Source of the DNA: an uncultured Actinomycetota bacterium
Lineage (GTDB): Bacteria; Actinomycetota; Actinomycetes; Nanopelagicales; Nanopelagicaceae
Direction of reading: 5' to 3'
Assembly: GCA_963713935.1 (NCBI GenBank)
Contig: OY970213.1
Location: 2,679 to 26,678 of the forward strand
DNA: 24,000 bases
The notes beneath the pieces are model-generated. The model was not told the origin of the DNA. It searched no databases and saw nothing but the letters and a program-made list of their open reading frames with translations. How positions within the stretch are numbered: the first letter of the stretch is position 1; each line of letters starts with the position of its first letter. Position numbers and translations under genes: made by a program. This document shows positions 1 to 7,959 of the stretch, piece by piece.

Positions 1-747
1 AATGGCGTGGACCCCCCGTTCTCGAAAAAGCGATTCAGTCCAAATCTTGCTACTAGTGGCAAAACCGCTCTGAGTGAAAGTCATCCCTCCGACGCCAAAA
101 TCGCCCAATTCAAATTCATTTGTTAAGTAAATAACCGTCGCAAGGTCTCGCACACCAGCAAGGTGAAGCTCATGTTCGACATTAAAGGCGTACTCAAAGG
201 CCGCACCTTCACATGTGCATGTACCGTGACCAACTCCGACAACCAGGGTCTGCGGAATGCCTTGCTTCAACTTAGAGATGGTCTCTTTGAACGCCTTTGC
301 CGCTTCAATAGCATGGCTGGGAGTACATACCGAAACGGTATTTGCATCAGGACCCAGTCCCGGAGTTGCCGCGAAATTCAATTTGGGGCCTGTTGCATTT
401 ATCAAGTAGTCGTACTCGACTTTACCGGACGTACCTGACTTCTGTGGATCTGTGTAAGTGATTTCAACATAGCCACGTGGAATACTCGAATCACCTTCTG
501 GATGGATTGCAGTTGCCAAGCCCTGATGAAATTCAATTCCCTTTCGGGCATAAATAGGTGCCAAGGGAAAGGTGACTTGATCTGTTGTCATCTTCCCAAC
601 GCCAACCCAAATGTTTGACGGAATCCAATTCCACTTGGAATTTGGAGTAACGACAACTACTTCATGCTCTTTTGCCAACCTACGTCGCAAATGCAATGCC
701 GCCGTATGGCCGGAAATTCCTGCACCTAGAACAACGACTCGAGCCAT
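1..747 (-). CDS. FAD-dependent sulfide:quinone oxidoreductase-like protein (SQR / NDH-2 superfamily). N-terminal 249 codons only; the 3' end lies beyond the window start.
   Basis: Absent from the ORF track because the window edge truncates it. My own minus-strand translation from ATG (747..745) stays open to position 1: MARVVVLGAGISGHTAALHLRRRLAKEHEVVVVTPNSKWNWIPSNIWVGVGKM... It has a GxGxxG Rossmann start and VSVCTPSHA and GHGTCTCEGAAFEY motifs resembling SQR redox-cysteine regions. It lies 23 bp downstream of trx on the same strand. Confidence 0.75.
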   Translation of the reverse strand, partial: MARVVVLGAGISGHTAALHLRRRLAKEHEVVVVTPNSKWNWIPSNIWVGVGKMTTDQVTFPLAPIYARKGIEFHQGLATAIHPEGDSSIPRGYVEITYTDPQKSGTSGKVEYDYLINATGPKLNFAATPGLGPDANTVSVCTPSHAIEAAKAFKETISKLKQGIPQTLVVGVGHGTCTCEGAAFEYAFNVEHELHLAGVRDLATVIYLTNEFELGDFGVGGMTFTQSGFATSSKIWTESLFRERGVHAI

Positions 748-770
748 GAGACAACTCCCCTTACGGCAAT

Positions 771-1130
771 TTACTTCTCTGCTTCGATTTTAGTCCGAAC
801 TTCTTCCATATTGACCTCTTGTAGCGCCTTTATTAATTGCTCGAGACTCGAAGCGGGAAGAGCGCCAGCTTGATTGAAAAGCAATATTCCATCCCTAAAC
901 GCCATGAGCGTGGGAATTGAAGAGATTCCGAGTGAGCCTGAGAGCTGCTGCTCTTCTTCCGTATCAACTTTGGCGAAGACAATCTCAGGATATTCTTCTG
1001 AAGCCTTTTCAAAGATTGGACCAAACATTCGGCACGGCCCGCACCAGGCTGCCCAAAAATCGACCAGCACGATGCCGTCTTTGGAGATAACTTTTTCAAA
1101 TTCGTCAGAGGTAAGTTTGAGTGTGGACAT
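771..1130 (-). CDS. trxA: Thioredoxin
   Basis: 119 aa with the canonical WCGPC active site (DFWAAWCGPCRMFGPIF) and typical thioredoxin length. The SD AGGGGG sits directly before the ATG (plus strand ccccct, 1132..1137). Confidence 0.95.
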   Translation of the reverse strand: MSTLKLTSDEFEKVISKDGIVLVDFWAAWCGPCRMFGPIFEKASEEYPEIVFAKVDTEEEQQLSGSLGISSIPTLMAFRDGILLFNQAGALPASSLEQLIKALQEVNMEEVRTKIEAEK

Positions 1131-1194
1131 ACCCCCTAGGGTATCATATACTTTCCCTGCTATTCAAAATCGCGCTAAATGCAGGGAGACAACG
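1131..1194. promoter_or_regulatory. 64-bp divergent control region between trx-sqr and the CPVC-membrane/DUF2892 pair, carrying two inverted repeats that overlap both Shine-Dalgarno sites
   Basis: A perfect palindrome CCCTAGGG (1134..1141) is flanked by ATAC/GTAT half-sites (1129..1132, 1141..1144, 1148..1151). A second inverted repeat is CCCTGC (1155..1160), 20 nt, GCAGGG (1181..1186). The first overlaps the trx SD and the second overlaps the GGGAG SD of the plus-strand gene. I could not assign -10/-35 boxes confidently. Confidence 0.35.
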
Positions 1195-1683
1195 GTGCCC
1201 AATTGCCTGACTACTTTGCTTAATTGGCCGCTGCGGCGATTGGTCACGGCGATTTCAACCGCTGTTCTTAGCGCCTTAGTAATCGGAATTCCCACCGCAG
1301 TTATACCCACACCATTTTTCGGTCGTTCAGTATCAGTAACTTCCTGGTCGATACCAGTCTTGGTTATCACGTCAATTCTTACCGGACTCTTGGTGGCGAC
1401 CTACATCAGCATAGATCCCGTCATCCGGGAAGACCGATCACTAAAAATTGGGGGGCTAGGCGGATTCTTCAGTTTTATCGCCATTGGTTGCCCAGTTTGC
1501 AACAAGGTGGCGCTATTGGCTCTGGGGGCCACAGGTGCCGTCAAATTCTTTGCGCCAGTTCAACCGTACTTGGCAACTGCCGGAATTGCATTGCTCCTCT
1601 TTGCGACGCGCAAACGCATATTGGGTGAATCCAACTGTTCTATCAGTCCTAAGACCAACAAAACCAAAGGAAAGTGGGCTTAA
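1195..1683 (+). CDS. Four-TM membrane protein with an intramembrane CPVC (CxxC) motif; function unknown
   Basis: This is the 3' part of track ORF 874..1683. The upstream part is antisense to trx and I rejected it. GTG at 1195 is preceded by GGGAG (1184..1188). There are four hydrophobic segments; the third carries FSFIAIGCPVCNKVALLALGA. The start position is uncertain; TTG 1216 is an alternative. Confidence 0.6.
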   Translation: MPNCLTTLLNWPLRRLVTAISTAVLSALVIGIPTAVIPTPFFGRSVSVTSWSIPVLVITSILTGLLVATYISIDPVIREDRSLKIGGLGGFFSFIAIGCPVCNKVALLALGATGAVKFFAPVQPYLATAGIALLLFATRKRILGESNCSISPKTNKTKGKWA

Positions 1684-1684
1684 C

Positions 1685-1909
1685 ATGAAATTCTCACAAT
1701 TTATGGCCAGTAGTATGGGTCGAATCTTGCGAGTAATTGCTGGAGCCGTTCTCATCGGAATTGGAATTTCGATGAAATCTACGAGCGGCTATGTAATCGC
1801 GGTAATCGGAGCGCTACCACTACTAGCCGGAGTATTCGACGTCTGCGTATTCGCACCGCTGTTTCACATGCCATTTACAGGAAAGAAAATCCGCTCCTAT
1901 AAAAAATAG
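1685..1909 (+). CDS. Small 2-TM protein, DUF2892 / YgaP-transmembrane-domain-like
   Basis: Internal ATG of track ORF 1484..1909, one nucleotide after the preceding stop (TAAcATG). The 74-aa product is MKFSQFMASSMGRILRVIAGAVLIGIGI...GALPLLAGVFDVCVFAPLFHMPFTG. The GR(I/L)xRxxxG start and the conserved Cys near the C-terminus match my recollection of DUF2892. Confidence 0.7.
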   Translation: MKFSQFMASSMGRILRVIAGAVLIGIGISMKSTSGYVIAVIGALPLLAGVFDVCVFAPLFHMPFTGKKIRSYKK

Positions 1910-2077
1910 TAAGGGCACTTTGTTGTAGGGATTTAGGGTTGCCACTCGCCATATATATAGCAGACTCATATTTGCGAGCGCATGATTAGTGATGCACCTG
2001 CGAAGGTGTGTATGTGGTGGTTAATCCTCGTCTCTCACTCTCCGAAGATATGAGGATGACTTAAACCATCTGATCCG

Positions 2078-2116
2078 GACGCGAGTGCCATAACCAATTG
2101 GTATGGCCCTCGCGTT
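2078..2116. terminator. Long imperfect palindrome/hairpin between convergent genes. Probable intrinsic terminator, closest to the 2135..3157 gene.
   Basis: GACGCGAGTGCCATAACC-AATT-GGTATGGCCCTCGCGTT forms about 15 bp of stem with one bulge and one mismatch, centred on CCAATTGG. It lies 19 nt past the stop of the minus-strand gene. There is no clear U-tract on either side. Confidence 0.5.
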
Positions 2117-2134
2117 CGCCTTTGAGAGCGCCGG

Positions 2135-3157
2135 CTATGAAAGTTTGAAATTAACCAGAGCGGTGGCGGGAATGAGTTCTAGACCATCTGGATTATTGAG
2201 ATATCCGGGGGCTGAGCCCTTGACTCCTTTGTGTCCGTATTGCCAGACAACTTTCTTCGTTTTTGGATCAACGATGATCACGCGGTTGTTTGCGTCATCA
2301 TTGGCAATGATTTTGCCGTTGGGAAGTCCAGTAGCCAACGAAGTGTGATCAAGTGCTGCCGATCCCGTCGGCTTGTATTTCCAGAGCAACTTGCCCTTGG
2401 AATTGAAGGTAATTATCGCGCCAGGCTTGCTGAAATCAACCGTCACGTAAACGTTTGGTGAGATCTCGTTGGTATCTGATGGATAAGCAATTCCGGGCGC
2501 ATGCACCGACCAAGAAATCTTTCCGTCGATAGACATCGCACTCACCCAATCGCCGTTGATTTCCGTTACGAGAAAACGACCGTCTTGCATCGGGAAGGCG
2601 CCGTTTGGACTTCCGAAGGTCTTTGTCGGATTGTGGTAACACGTTCCGGTCTTGCCAAGTTGAGTTGTTTTTCTTGTCGCGGGGTCCAAGAAAAGGATCC
2701 GGCAATTCTTGATGTCAGCGATAATAAGCCTGCCATCGGGAAGCATCATGGCGTCATCGGGATTATTGAGATGTCCTTTGGCGCGTGATCCCTGGCCCGC
2801 AACACCATATTCAAAGGTGATTTTCTTCGTCGCGATATCGATGATGCTCACCATCTGATGTTCTGACTCGGTCGCGATGATCGATTTGCCATCAGGGGAT
2901 AAGAAGACGTCATCAGGAGTTCGGAATGTCTGGCCCGCCTTGAGATCGCCCTTCTGCGGAAAGATCCACCGTGGCGTGCCAGAAGGGTCAACAACGACGA
3001 TGCGATTGTTGCCTTCGTCGGCAATCATGATCGGGCCGGGAAGGGCTGTTGGATCAGATTTGAAGGCGGTTGCGGCATTTGCGCTGGCGGCAAGGGCTAG
3101 AACGCAACCTGCGACTAATAGGGAAAGTGAGCTTCTGAGAATTGATTTGGTCTTCAC
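2135..3157 (-). CDS. Secreted beta-propeller protein (NHL-repeat-like)
   Basis: 340 aa with a GTG start. The N-terminal signal peptide is MKTKSILRSSLSLLVAGCVLALAASANA|A. Blade-like motifs recur: IADEGNNRIVVVDPSG, ATESEHQMVSIIDIATKK, IADIKNCRILFLDPATRK, VTEINGDWVSAMSIDGK, ANDDANNRVIIVDPKTKK. Confidence 0.75.
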   Translation of the reverse strand: MKTKSILRSSLSLLVAGCVLALAASANAATAFKSDPTALPGPIMIADEGNNRIVVVDPSGTPRWIFPQKGDLKAGQTFRTPDDVFLSPDGKSIIATESEHQMVSIIDIATKKITFEYGVAGQGSRAKGHLNNPDDAMMLPDGRLIIADIKNCRILFLDPATRKTTQLGKTGTCYHNPTKTFGSPNGAFPMQDGRFLVTEINGDWVSAMSIDGKISWSVHAPGIAYPSDTNEISPNVYVTVDFSKPGAIITFNSKGKLLWKYKPTGSAALDHTSLATGLPNGKIIANDDANNRVIIVDPKTKKVVWQYGHKGVKGSAPGYLNNPDGLELIPATALVNFKLS

Positions 3158-3246
3158 AAGAGGTGACAGTATCGATTTCCTCGAGAATCTGCCCGAGCGG
3201 CACCCCTCGCCACACCGATTTGCGCGAGAAAGACCCTCGGTAGGGC

Positions 3247-3263
3247 AGGACTTTTCAAGTCCT
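3247..3263. promoter_or_regulatory. 17-bp near-perfect palindrome AGGACTTTTCAAGTCCT, 14 nt upstream of the NMO-family gene start. Candidate operator or 5' hairpin.
   Basis: A 7-bp stem (AGGACTT/AAGTCCT) with a 3-nt centre, located in the 119-bp divergent spacer 3158..3276. No adjacent regulator gene is visible. Confidence 0.3.
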
Positions 3264-3276
3264 ATACGCTGACCGT

Positions 3277-4704
3277 GTGAGAGATACCCAGAGCCTGCCC
3301 GTCGTAATCCAAGGCGGAATGGGTATCGCTGTATCTTCCTGGAAGCTGGCCAAAGCGGTCTCGATGACCGGTCAGTTAGGTGTTGTTTCAGGTACCGCCA
3401 TCGACGCAGTCATTGCAAGACGACTTCAAGAAGGCGATAGCGGAGGACATGTCCGTAGAGCCCTTGCTGCCTTTCCCGTCCCAGAAATTGCCCGGCGCGT
3501 TGAAGCGAAGTATTTCCGACCAGAAGGTCGACATGGCGACCCTTTTATCCCCATTCCAAAACTCAGTCTTCGTCCATCGAAGGATGCCCTTGAACTCTGG
3601 GTCTGTTCAAACTTCGTCGAAGTTTGGCTGGCGAAGGAAGGCCATGACGGACTTATCGGGGTTAATTTTCTCGAGAAGATTCAGATGGCGACGCCAAGTG
3701 CTGCTTACGGTGCAATGCTGGCTGGCGTTGACTACGTTCTGATGGGGGCTGGAATTCCCGCGGAAATCCCTAACCTGCTTAATCTCATGTCGGAAAACAA
3801 GCCGGCATCTCTCAATGTGCACGTTGACGGTGGAACTGAGCCGTACAAAGAAATTTTCTATCCAAAGACTTTCACCGGTATCGCTGTACCGCCGCCGCGT
3901 CGACCAAAATTCCTTGCAATCGTTTCGGCGCATGTCTTGGCCACATATCTAGCAAAAGATCTACTTACTAGGCCAGACGGATTCATCGTCGAAGGATTCA
4001 CCGCTGGCGGTCATAACGCCCCGCCTCGCGGAACAATGATTTTGGACGACACCGGGCAACCCATCTTTGGGCCGAGAGACATTGCCGACGTCGCAAAGGT
4101 TGCGATGGTAGGTCTTCCATTTTGGTTGGCGGGCGGACAAGCAACTCCAGAACAGGTTCGGATTGCACTAGAAGTCGGTGCGGCTGGAGTTCAAGTGGGA
4201 ACAATCTTTTCCTTAGCGGAAGAATCTGGACTTGAACCATCTCTTCGCCAACAACTCATGGATAATCTCGCATCCGGAGAATTGGTCGTTCGCACCGACC
4301 CTCTGGCTTCTCCAACCGGATTCCCATTTAAAGTCGCCACTTTGCCCGACACCCTTTCAGATAAAGAGGTCTACGAGGCACGGCCCCGTCTTTGCGATCT
4401 CGGTTACCTTCGTGTCCCTTACGAGAGATCCCCTGGTGTTGTCGGCTACCGCTGTCCATCCGAACCTTCACATGTCTACATTCGCAAAGGTGGCGACGAA
4501 GGCCAACTCGTAGATAGAAAATGCTTATGCAACGCTCTTATGTCGAATATTGGACTCGGGCAAACTCGTGCAGATGGTTATGTCGAACCGCCACTAATCA
4601 CCCTCGGCGCAGACCTTGGAGGAGCACGAGAATTGCTCAAATCCCACCCACATGGCTGGAGCGCAGAAGAGGCCGTTGACTACCTCTTGAATGTGGGCTC
4701 GTAG
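3277..4704 (+). CDS. Nitronate monooxygenase / 2-nitropropane dioxygenase family FMN oxidoreductase (long form)
   Basis: 475 aa. GTG 3277 is the only start codon downstream of the in-frame stop at 3241. The N-terminus PVVIQGGMGIAVSSWKLAKAVSMTGQLGVVSG is typical of the NMO/PF03060 family. Later motifs GFIVEGFTAGGHN and AAGVQVGT are also present. Confidence 0.8.
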   Translation: MRDTQSLPVVIQGGMGIAVSSWKLAKAVSMTGQLGVVSGTAIDAVIARRLQEGDSGGHVRRALAAFPVPEIARRVEAKYFRPEGRHGDPFIPIPKLSLRPSKDALELWVCSNFVEVWLAKEGHDGLIGVNFLEKIQMATPSAAYGAMLAGVDYVLMGAGIPAEIPNLLNLMSENKPASLNVHVDGGTEPYKEIFYPKTFTGIAVPPPRRPKFLAIVSAHVLATYLAKDLLTRPDGFIVEGFTAGGHNAPPRGTMILDDTGQPIFGPRDIADVAKVAMVGLPFWLAGGQATPEQVRIALEVGAAGVQVGTIFSLAEESGLEPSLRQQLMDNLASGELVVRTDPLASPTGFPFKVATLPDTLSDKEVYEARPRLCDLGYLRVPYERSPGVVGYRCPSEPSHVYIRKGGDEGQLVDRKCLCNALMSNIGLGQTRADGYVEPPLITLGADLGGARELLKSHPHGWSAEEAVDYLLNVGS

Positions 4705-4742
4705 GAGAGCAGTATGCAATCAGGTCCATCAGAGGAGGCGCG

Positions 4743-5168
4743 ATGAAGATCAGTGCACTGATAGCAGGGAAAAGAGTTGAAACTATTTCGCCTAGCGCGA
4801 GTGTTCACGATTTAGTGAATGCGCTCAACGTCCATCATGTTGGTGCACTGGTGGTCTCTCCCGATGGACGCAAAATCGAAGGCATCGTTTCAGAGCGAGA
4901 CGTCGTCCGAGCAATGCCAGGAAAACTCGATCGACTAGTCGGCATGCACGTTCGGGATCTAATGACAGTCGACGTCGTAACCTGCGATACCAACGCAACA
5001 GTTGCCGAGTTGATGACAATCATGACCGAGCGTCGTGTTCGACATATTCCAGTTGTCGATGCCGACAAGCATCTTGTCTCGATCATTTCTATCGGCGATG
5101 TAGTGAAAGCTCACATCACTGAACTAGACGATGAACGCAAGGCTCTTAGCGATTACGTAAATTCGTAA
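4743..5168 (+). CDS. CBS-pair domain protein
   Basis: 141 aa with a strong SD (GAGGAGG). It contains two CBS-like units (HHVGALVVSPDGRKIEGIVSERDVVRA and VRHIPVVDADKHLVSIISIGDVVKA). Confidence 0.85.
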   Translation: MKISALIAGKRVETISPSASVHDLVNALNVHHVGALVVSPDGRKIEGIVSERDVVRAMPGKLDRLVGMHVRDLMTVDVVTCDTNATVAELMTIMTERRVRHIPVVDADKHLVSIISIGDVVKAHITELDDERKALSDYVNS

Positions 5169-5179
5169 TCCGCCTTAAG

Positions 5180-6160
5180 CTAAATAGTTACGTTGCTCAT
5201 ATTCGCATAACGATCACCGGCAGTCGCGCCGATGGGGGCTGCTTCGTTTATCCGGCTTAGGTCCTCGGCGCTCAAAGCAATTTCGAGGGCGGCGATGTTC
5301 TCATCAACATATTTAACATTCTTTGTGCCTGGAATCGGAACGATGTAGTCGCCTTGCGCTAATACCCACGCCAGAGCAAGCTGACTTGATGTAACGCCCT
5401 TTTCGTCGGCGATCATCTTGACTCGCTCCACCAACTCGAGGTTCTTTGCGAAATTCTCGCCTTGAAAGCGCGGGTGTCCACGCCGACTATCATTTGCATC
5501 AAGGTCATCGATGGTTCGGAACTTGCCCGAAAGGAAGCCGCGACCAAGGGGCGAGTAAGCAACAAATCCGATCCCAAGTTCGCGCACAGTAGCCAATACG
5601 CCGTTGTCCTCAACGTCTCTTGACCACAAAGATAACTCTGACTGCACTGCAGTGATTGGGTGCACAGCGTTGGCTCTGCGGATGGTGGGAGGTGCCGCCT
5701 CTGAAATGCCAAGATGGCGTACTTTTCCGCTCTCGACGAGATCTTTCATTGCTCCCCACGTATCTTCAATCGGAACTTTCACATCCACGCGATGTTGGTA
5801 GTAAAGGTCGATGTATTCAATGTTGAGTCGACGAAGTGAGGCATCGCAGGCCTTACGAACATAATCTGGGTGACCGTTAATCCCAATGAATCGTCCAGTC
5901 TCGTCCCTCTCATTTCCAAATTTCGTTGCAACAATCACTTTTTCACGCCGCGATTTAATGGCCTTGCCCACGAGAATTTCGTTGGTAAATGGGCCGTACA
6001 TATCGGCGGTATCTAGGAAGTTGATCCCGAGATCTAAAGCATGGTGGATGGTCTCGATGGCTTTCTCTTCATCCCTTACGCCGTAGAAATCACTCATTCC
6101 CATGCATCCAAGGCCCTCGGCAGAAACTTCAAGTCCTTGACCTAATTTTCGTGTTTGCAT
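5180..6160 (-). CDS. Aldo/keto reductase
   Basis: 326 aa. [27 protein letters not shown]...[11 protein letters not shown]...LYYQHRVD...GISEA are typical AKR motifs. SD GGAGGT lies upstream. Confidence 0.9.
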   Translation of the reverse strand: MQTRKLGQGLEVSAEGLGCMGMSDFYGVRDEEKAIETIHHALDLGINFLDTADMYGPFTNEILVGKAIKSRREKVIVATKFGNERDETGRFIGINGHPDYVRKACDASLRRLNIEYIDLYYQHRVDVKVPIEDTWGAMKDLVESGKVRHLGISEAAPPTIRRANAVHPITAVQSELSLWSRDVEDNGVLATVRELGIGFVAYSPLGRGFLSGKFRTIDDLDANDSRRGHPRFQGENFAKNLELVERVKMIADEKGVTSSQLALAWVLAQGDYIVPIPGTKNVKYVDENIAALEIALSAEDLSRINEAAPIGATAGDRYANMSNVTI

Positions 6161-6195
6161 CTGATACCTACCTCCGTAATGACAGAATGTGTAAC

Positions 6196-6765
6196 CTACT
6201 CCGCTTTCCTGCGAGCGCGCTCAAAACCAATCCAGATGCCGATAGCTATCACCAAGCCGAATCCCAGCAGTACTCGGGTTCCATACCGCGCCCAGAAAGT
6301 TGGCCCCTTCACCATGGCGCCTGGGGCTGGCAACGCGCTTGGCGTTGGAGTCGGACTAGTAATAGTTGTGTGGCCATTGACCGTGAAGCGATAGGAACTT
6401 TGCTCAGGGTGTCCATCACCTGAGACAACCCTCCAACTCACCACGAATACTCCAGTGGTGGAGACTGGATTTAGATCGACTGTGAGAGTTGCACCACTTA
6501 GGCGCGAATTCTTTGCATCAATTTCATTCCCATTTGGGTCGGTAACCATCAAAGTGTTCGTCTTAGCTCCACCGATAGTTAAGAGATTTCCATCAAATGT
6601 AACGGCGACATGTGATGGCAATGTATTCAAATGCGCGCCAACGGGCGGACTAGACGTTACGAGTTCGGCATGGGCCTGCGCGGAGGGGGTCGGAATCCAA
6701 AAAATAGTAAGAAGTAGGGCAAACGCAAATTCACGTCTCAATTTCATGCAAGCAAGATACCCCAT
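6196..6765 (-). CDS. copC: CopC-domain copper-binding protein with signal peptide and C-terminal TM anchor
   Basis: 189 aa. The signal peptide ends AQA|HAELVTSSP, giving a mature N-terminal His as in CopC Cu(II) sites. A CopC-like beta-sandwich region ([12 protein letters not shown]) and a C-terminal hydrophobic anchor follow. The start may instead be the second ATG at 6747. No copD is adjacent. Confidence 0.8.
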   Translation of the reverse strand: MGYLACMKLRREFAFALLLTIFWIPTPSAQAHAELVTSSPPVGAHLNTLPSHVAVTFDGNLLTIGGAKTNTLMVTDPNGNEIDAKNSRLSGATLTVDLNPVSTTGVFVVSWRVVSGDGHPEQSSYRFTVNGHTTITSPTPTPSALPAPGAMVKGPTFWARYGTRVLLGFGLVIAIGIWIGFERARRKAE

Positions 6766-6843
6766 CGCAGTGTGTGGAATTTCTGGGCGCAGGTGAACGT
6801 TAAACTTATATCGAATTCAAACTGCCATTAGGAGCTACCCCAG

Positions 6844-7917
6844 ATGTCATCCGCACTCTTCCGAGAAATGAAAATCCGTGATCTCACGATTCCCAATCGA
6901 GCATGGGTGAGCCCAATGTGCCAGTACTCGGCACAGAACGGACTAATTGGCGAATGGCACCGAATTCACCTCGGGGCCTTCGCAACAGGCGGTGCTGGTC
7001 TAATTTTCGTTGAGGCAACCGGCGTTGTGCCTGAAGGACGCATTTCTGTCGGGTGTCCTGGCATTTGGAACGATGATCTTGTTCAAGCTTTCAAACCCAT
7101 TGTTAATTTTGCACATTCCATGGGATCGAAAGTAGGAATTCAACTCGCGCATGCAGGTCGCAAAGGATCAACGATGTTGCCGTGGAGTGACCATCTCATA
7201 GCCGCCGAGGAAGAAGGCGGCTGGCAGACCGTTTCAGCCAGTTCAATCCCTTTCACTGGAATGCAAGTACCTCACATGCTCACGAAGGATGAGATCGCGT
7301 CCCTCGTGGACCATTTCGGAGAAGCAGCAACGCGAGCGGTAAGTGTTGGCTTTGACGTTATTGAGATTCACTCAGCACACGGATATCTACTGCACCAATT
7401 TCTTTCGCCGTTAACAAATCAACGCACCGATGAATACGGCGGAAGTCTCCAAGGACGGATGCGCTTCCTTCTCGAAGTCGCACAGAAGGTCCGAAATGTG
7501 ATTCCCGAAGGAACTCCGCTCTTCGTAAGAATTTCCGCCACCGATTGGGTTGAAGGTGGATGGGATATAGATCAATCAGTAATTCTCGCCACTGAACTCA
7601 AGAAGTTGGGCGTCGACCTCATAGATGTATCTTCGGGTGGGCTCGTGCCAAATGCTGTAATTCCCGTAGGTCCCGGCTACCAAGTTCCATTCGCGAACGA
7701 AATACGCGAGAAGGCTCAGATCGCGACTTCGGCCGTCGGTGTCATCACAGATGCTCATCAAGCAGAGGAGATCATCTCTTCCGGAAAAGCTGACGCCGTG
7801 ATGCTCGCTCGAGAAATGCTTCGCAACCCACGATGGGCCCTAGCCGCATCTGAAGAACTCGGGCAGCGAGCCACGTGGCCAAAACAATTCACTAGGGCGA
7901 CCAAGATTCCGCATTGA
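6844..7917 (+). CDS. NADH:flavin oxidoreductase, Old Yellow Enzyme family (YqjM/NamA-like)
   Basis: 357 aa. RAWVSPMCQYSA (the YqjM-type Cys), IQLAHAGRK and EIHSAHGYLLHQFLSP are OYE hallmarks. SD is TAGGAG. Confidence 0.9.
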   Translation: MSSALFREMKIRDLTIPNRAWVSPMCQYSAQNGLIGEWHRIHLGAFATGGAGLIFVEATGVVPEGRISVGCPGIWNDDLVQAFKPIVNFAHSMGSKVGIQLAHAGRKGSTMLPWSDHLIAAEEEGGWQTVSASSIPFTGMQVPHMLTKDEIASLVDHFGEAATRAVSVGFDVIEIHSAHGYLLHQFLSPLTNQRTDEYGGSLQGRMRFLLEVAQKVRNVIPEGTPLFVRISATDWVEGGWDIDQSVILATELKKLGVDLIDVSSGGLVPNAVIPVGPGYQVPFANEIREKAQIATSAVGVITDAHQAEEIISSGKADAVMLAREMLRNPRWALAASEELGQRATWPKQFTRATKIPH

Positions 7918-7959
7918 TTTAGCATCATGAAATGAGCAATCGGCGAGTAGCCTTCTAGC

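Noticed and set aside
163-793. Plus-strand ORFs 163..438 and 611..793.
   Set aside because: They are shadow ORFs antisense to the clearly coding SQR-like gene (open minus-strand frame 747..1 with a Rossmann motif).
874-1194. The 5' part of the long plus-strand ORF 874..1683 (269 aa), which would overlap the whole thioredoxin gene in antisense.
   Set aside because: Thioredoxin on the minus strand is unambiguous (WCGPC). The antisense translation is low-complexity (Ser/Pro-rich) with no TM or domain character. A GTG with a good SD at 1195 begins exactly where the hydrophobic membrane protein starts.
1926-1940. TAGGGATT-TAGGGTT, reminiscent of telomeric TTAGGG repeats.
   Set aside because: There are only two imperfect copies in a bacterial intergenic spacer, which is most simply coincidence. 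I kept it only as a descriptive detail of the unexplained spacer.
3100-3157. Lipobox-like LVAGC in the beta-propeller N-terminus, suggesting a lipoprotein.
   Set aside because: The Cys lies in the middle of the hydrophobic core and is followed by VLALAASANA|A, a better signal-peptidase-I site. I therefore call it secreted rather than lipidated. This remains ambiguous without a predictor.
3277-7917. The run of oxidoreductases (NMO-family, AKR, OYE) with CBS and CopC genes as a possible pathway cluster.
   Set aside because: The genes lie on alternating strands with separate starts and belong to generic detoxification or redox families. Nothing indicates a shared substrate or operon.
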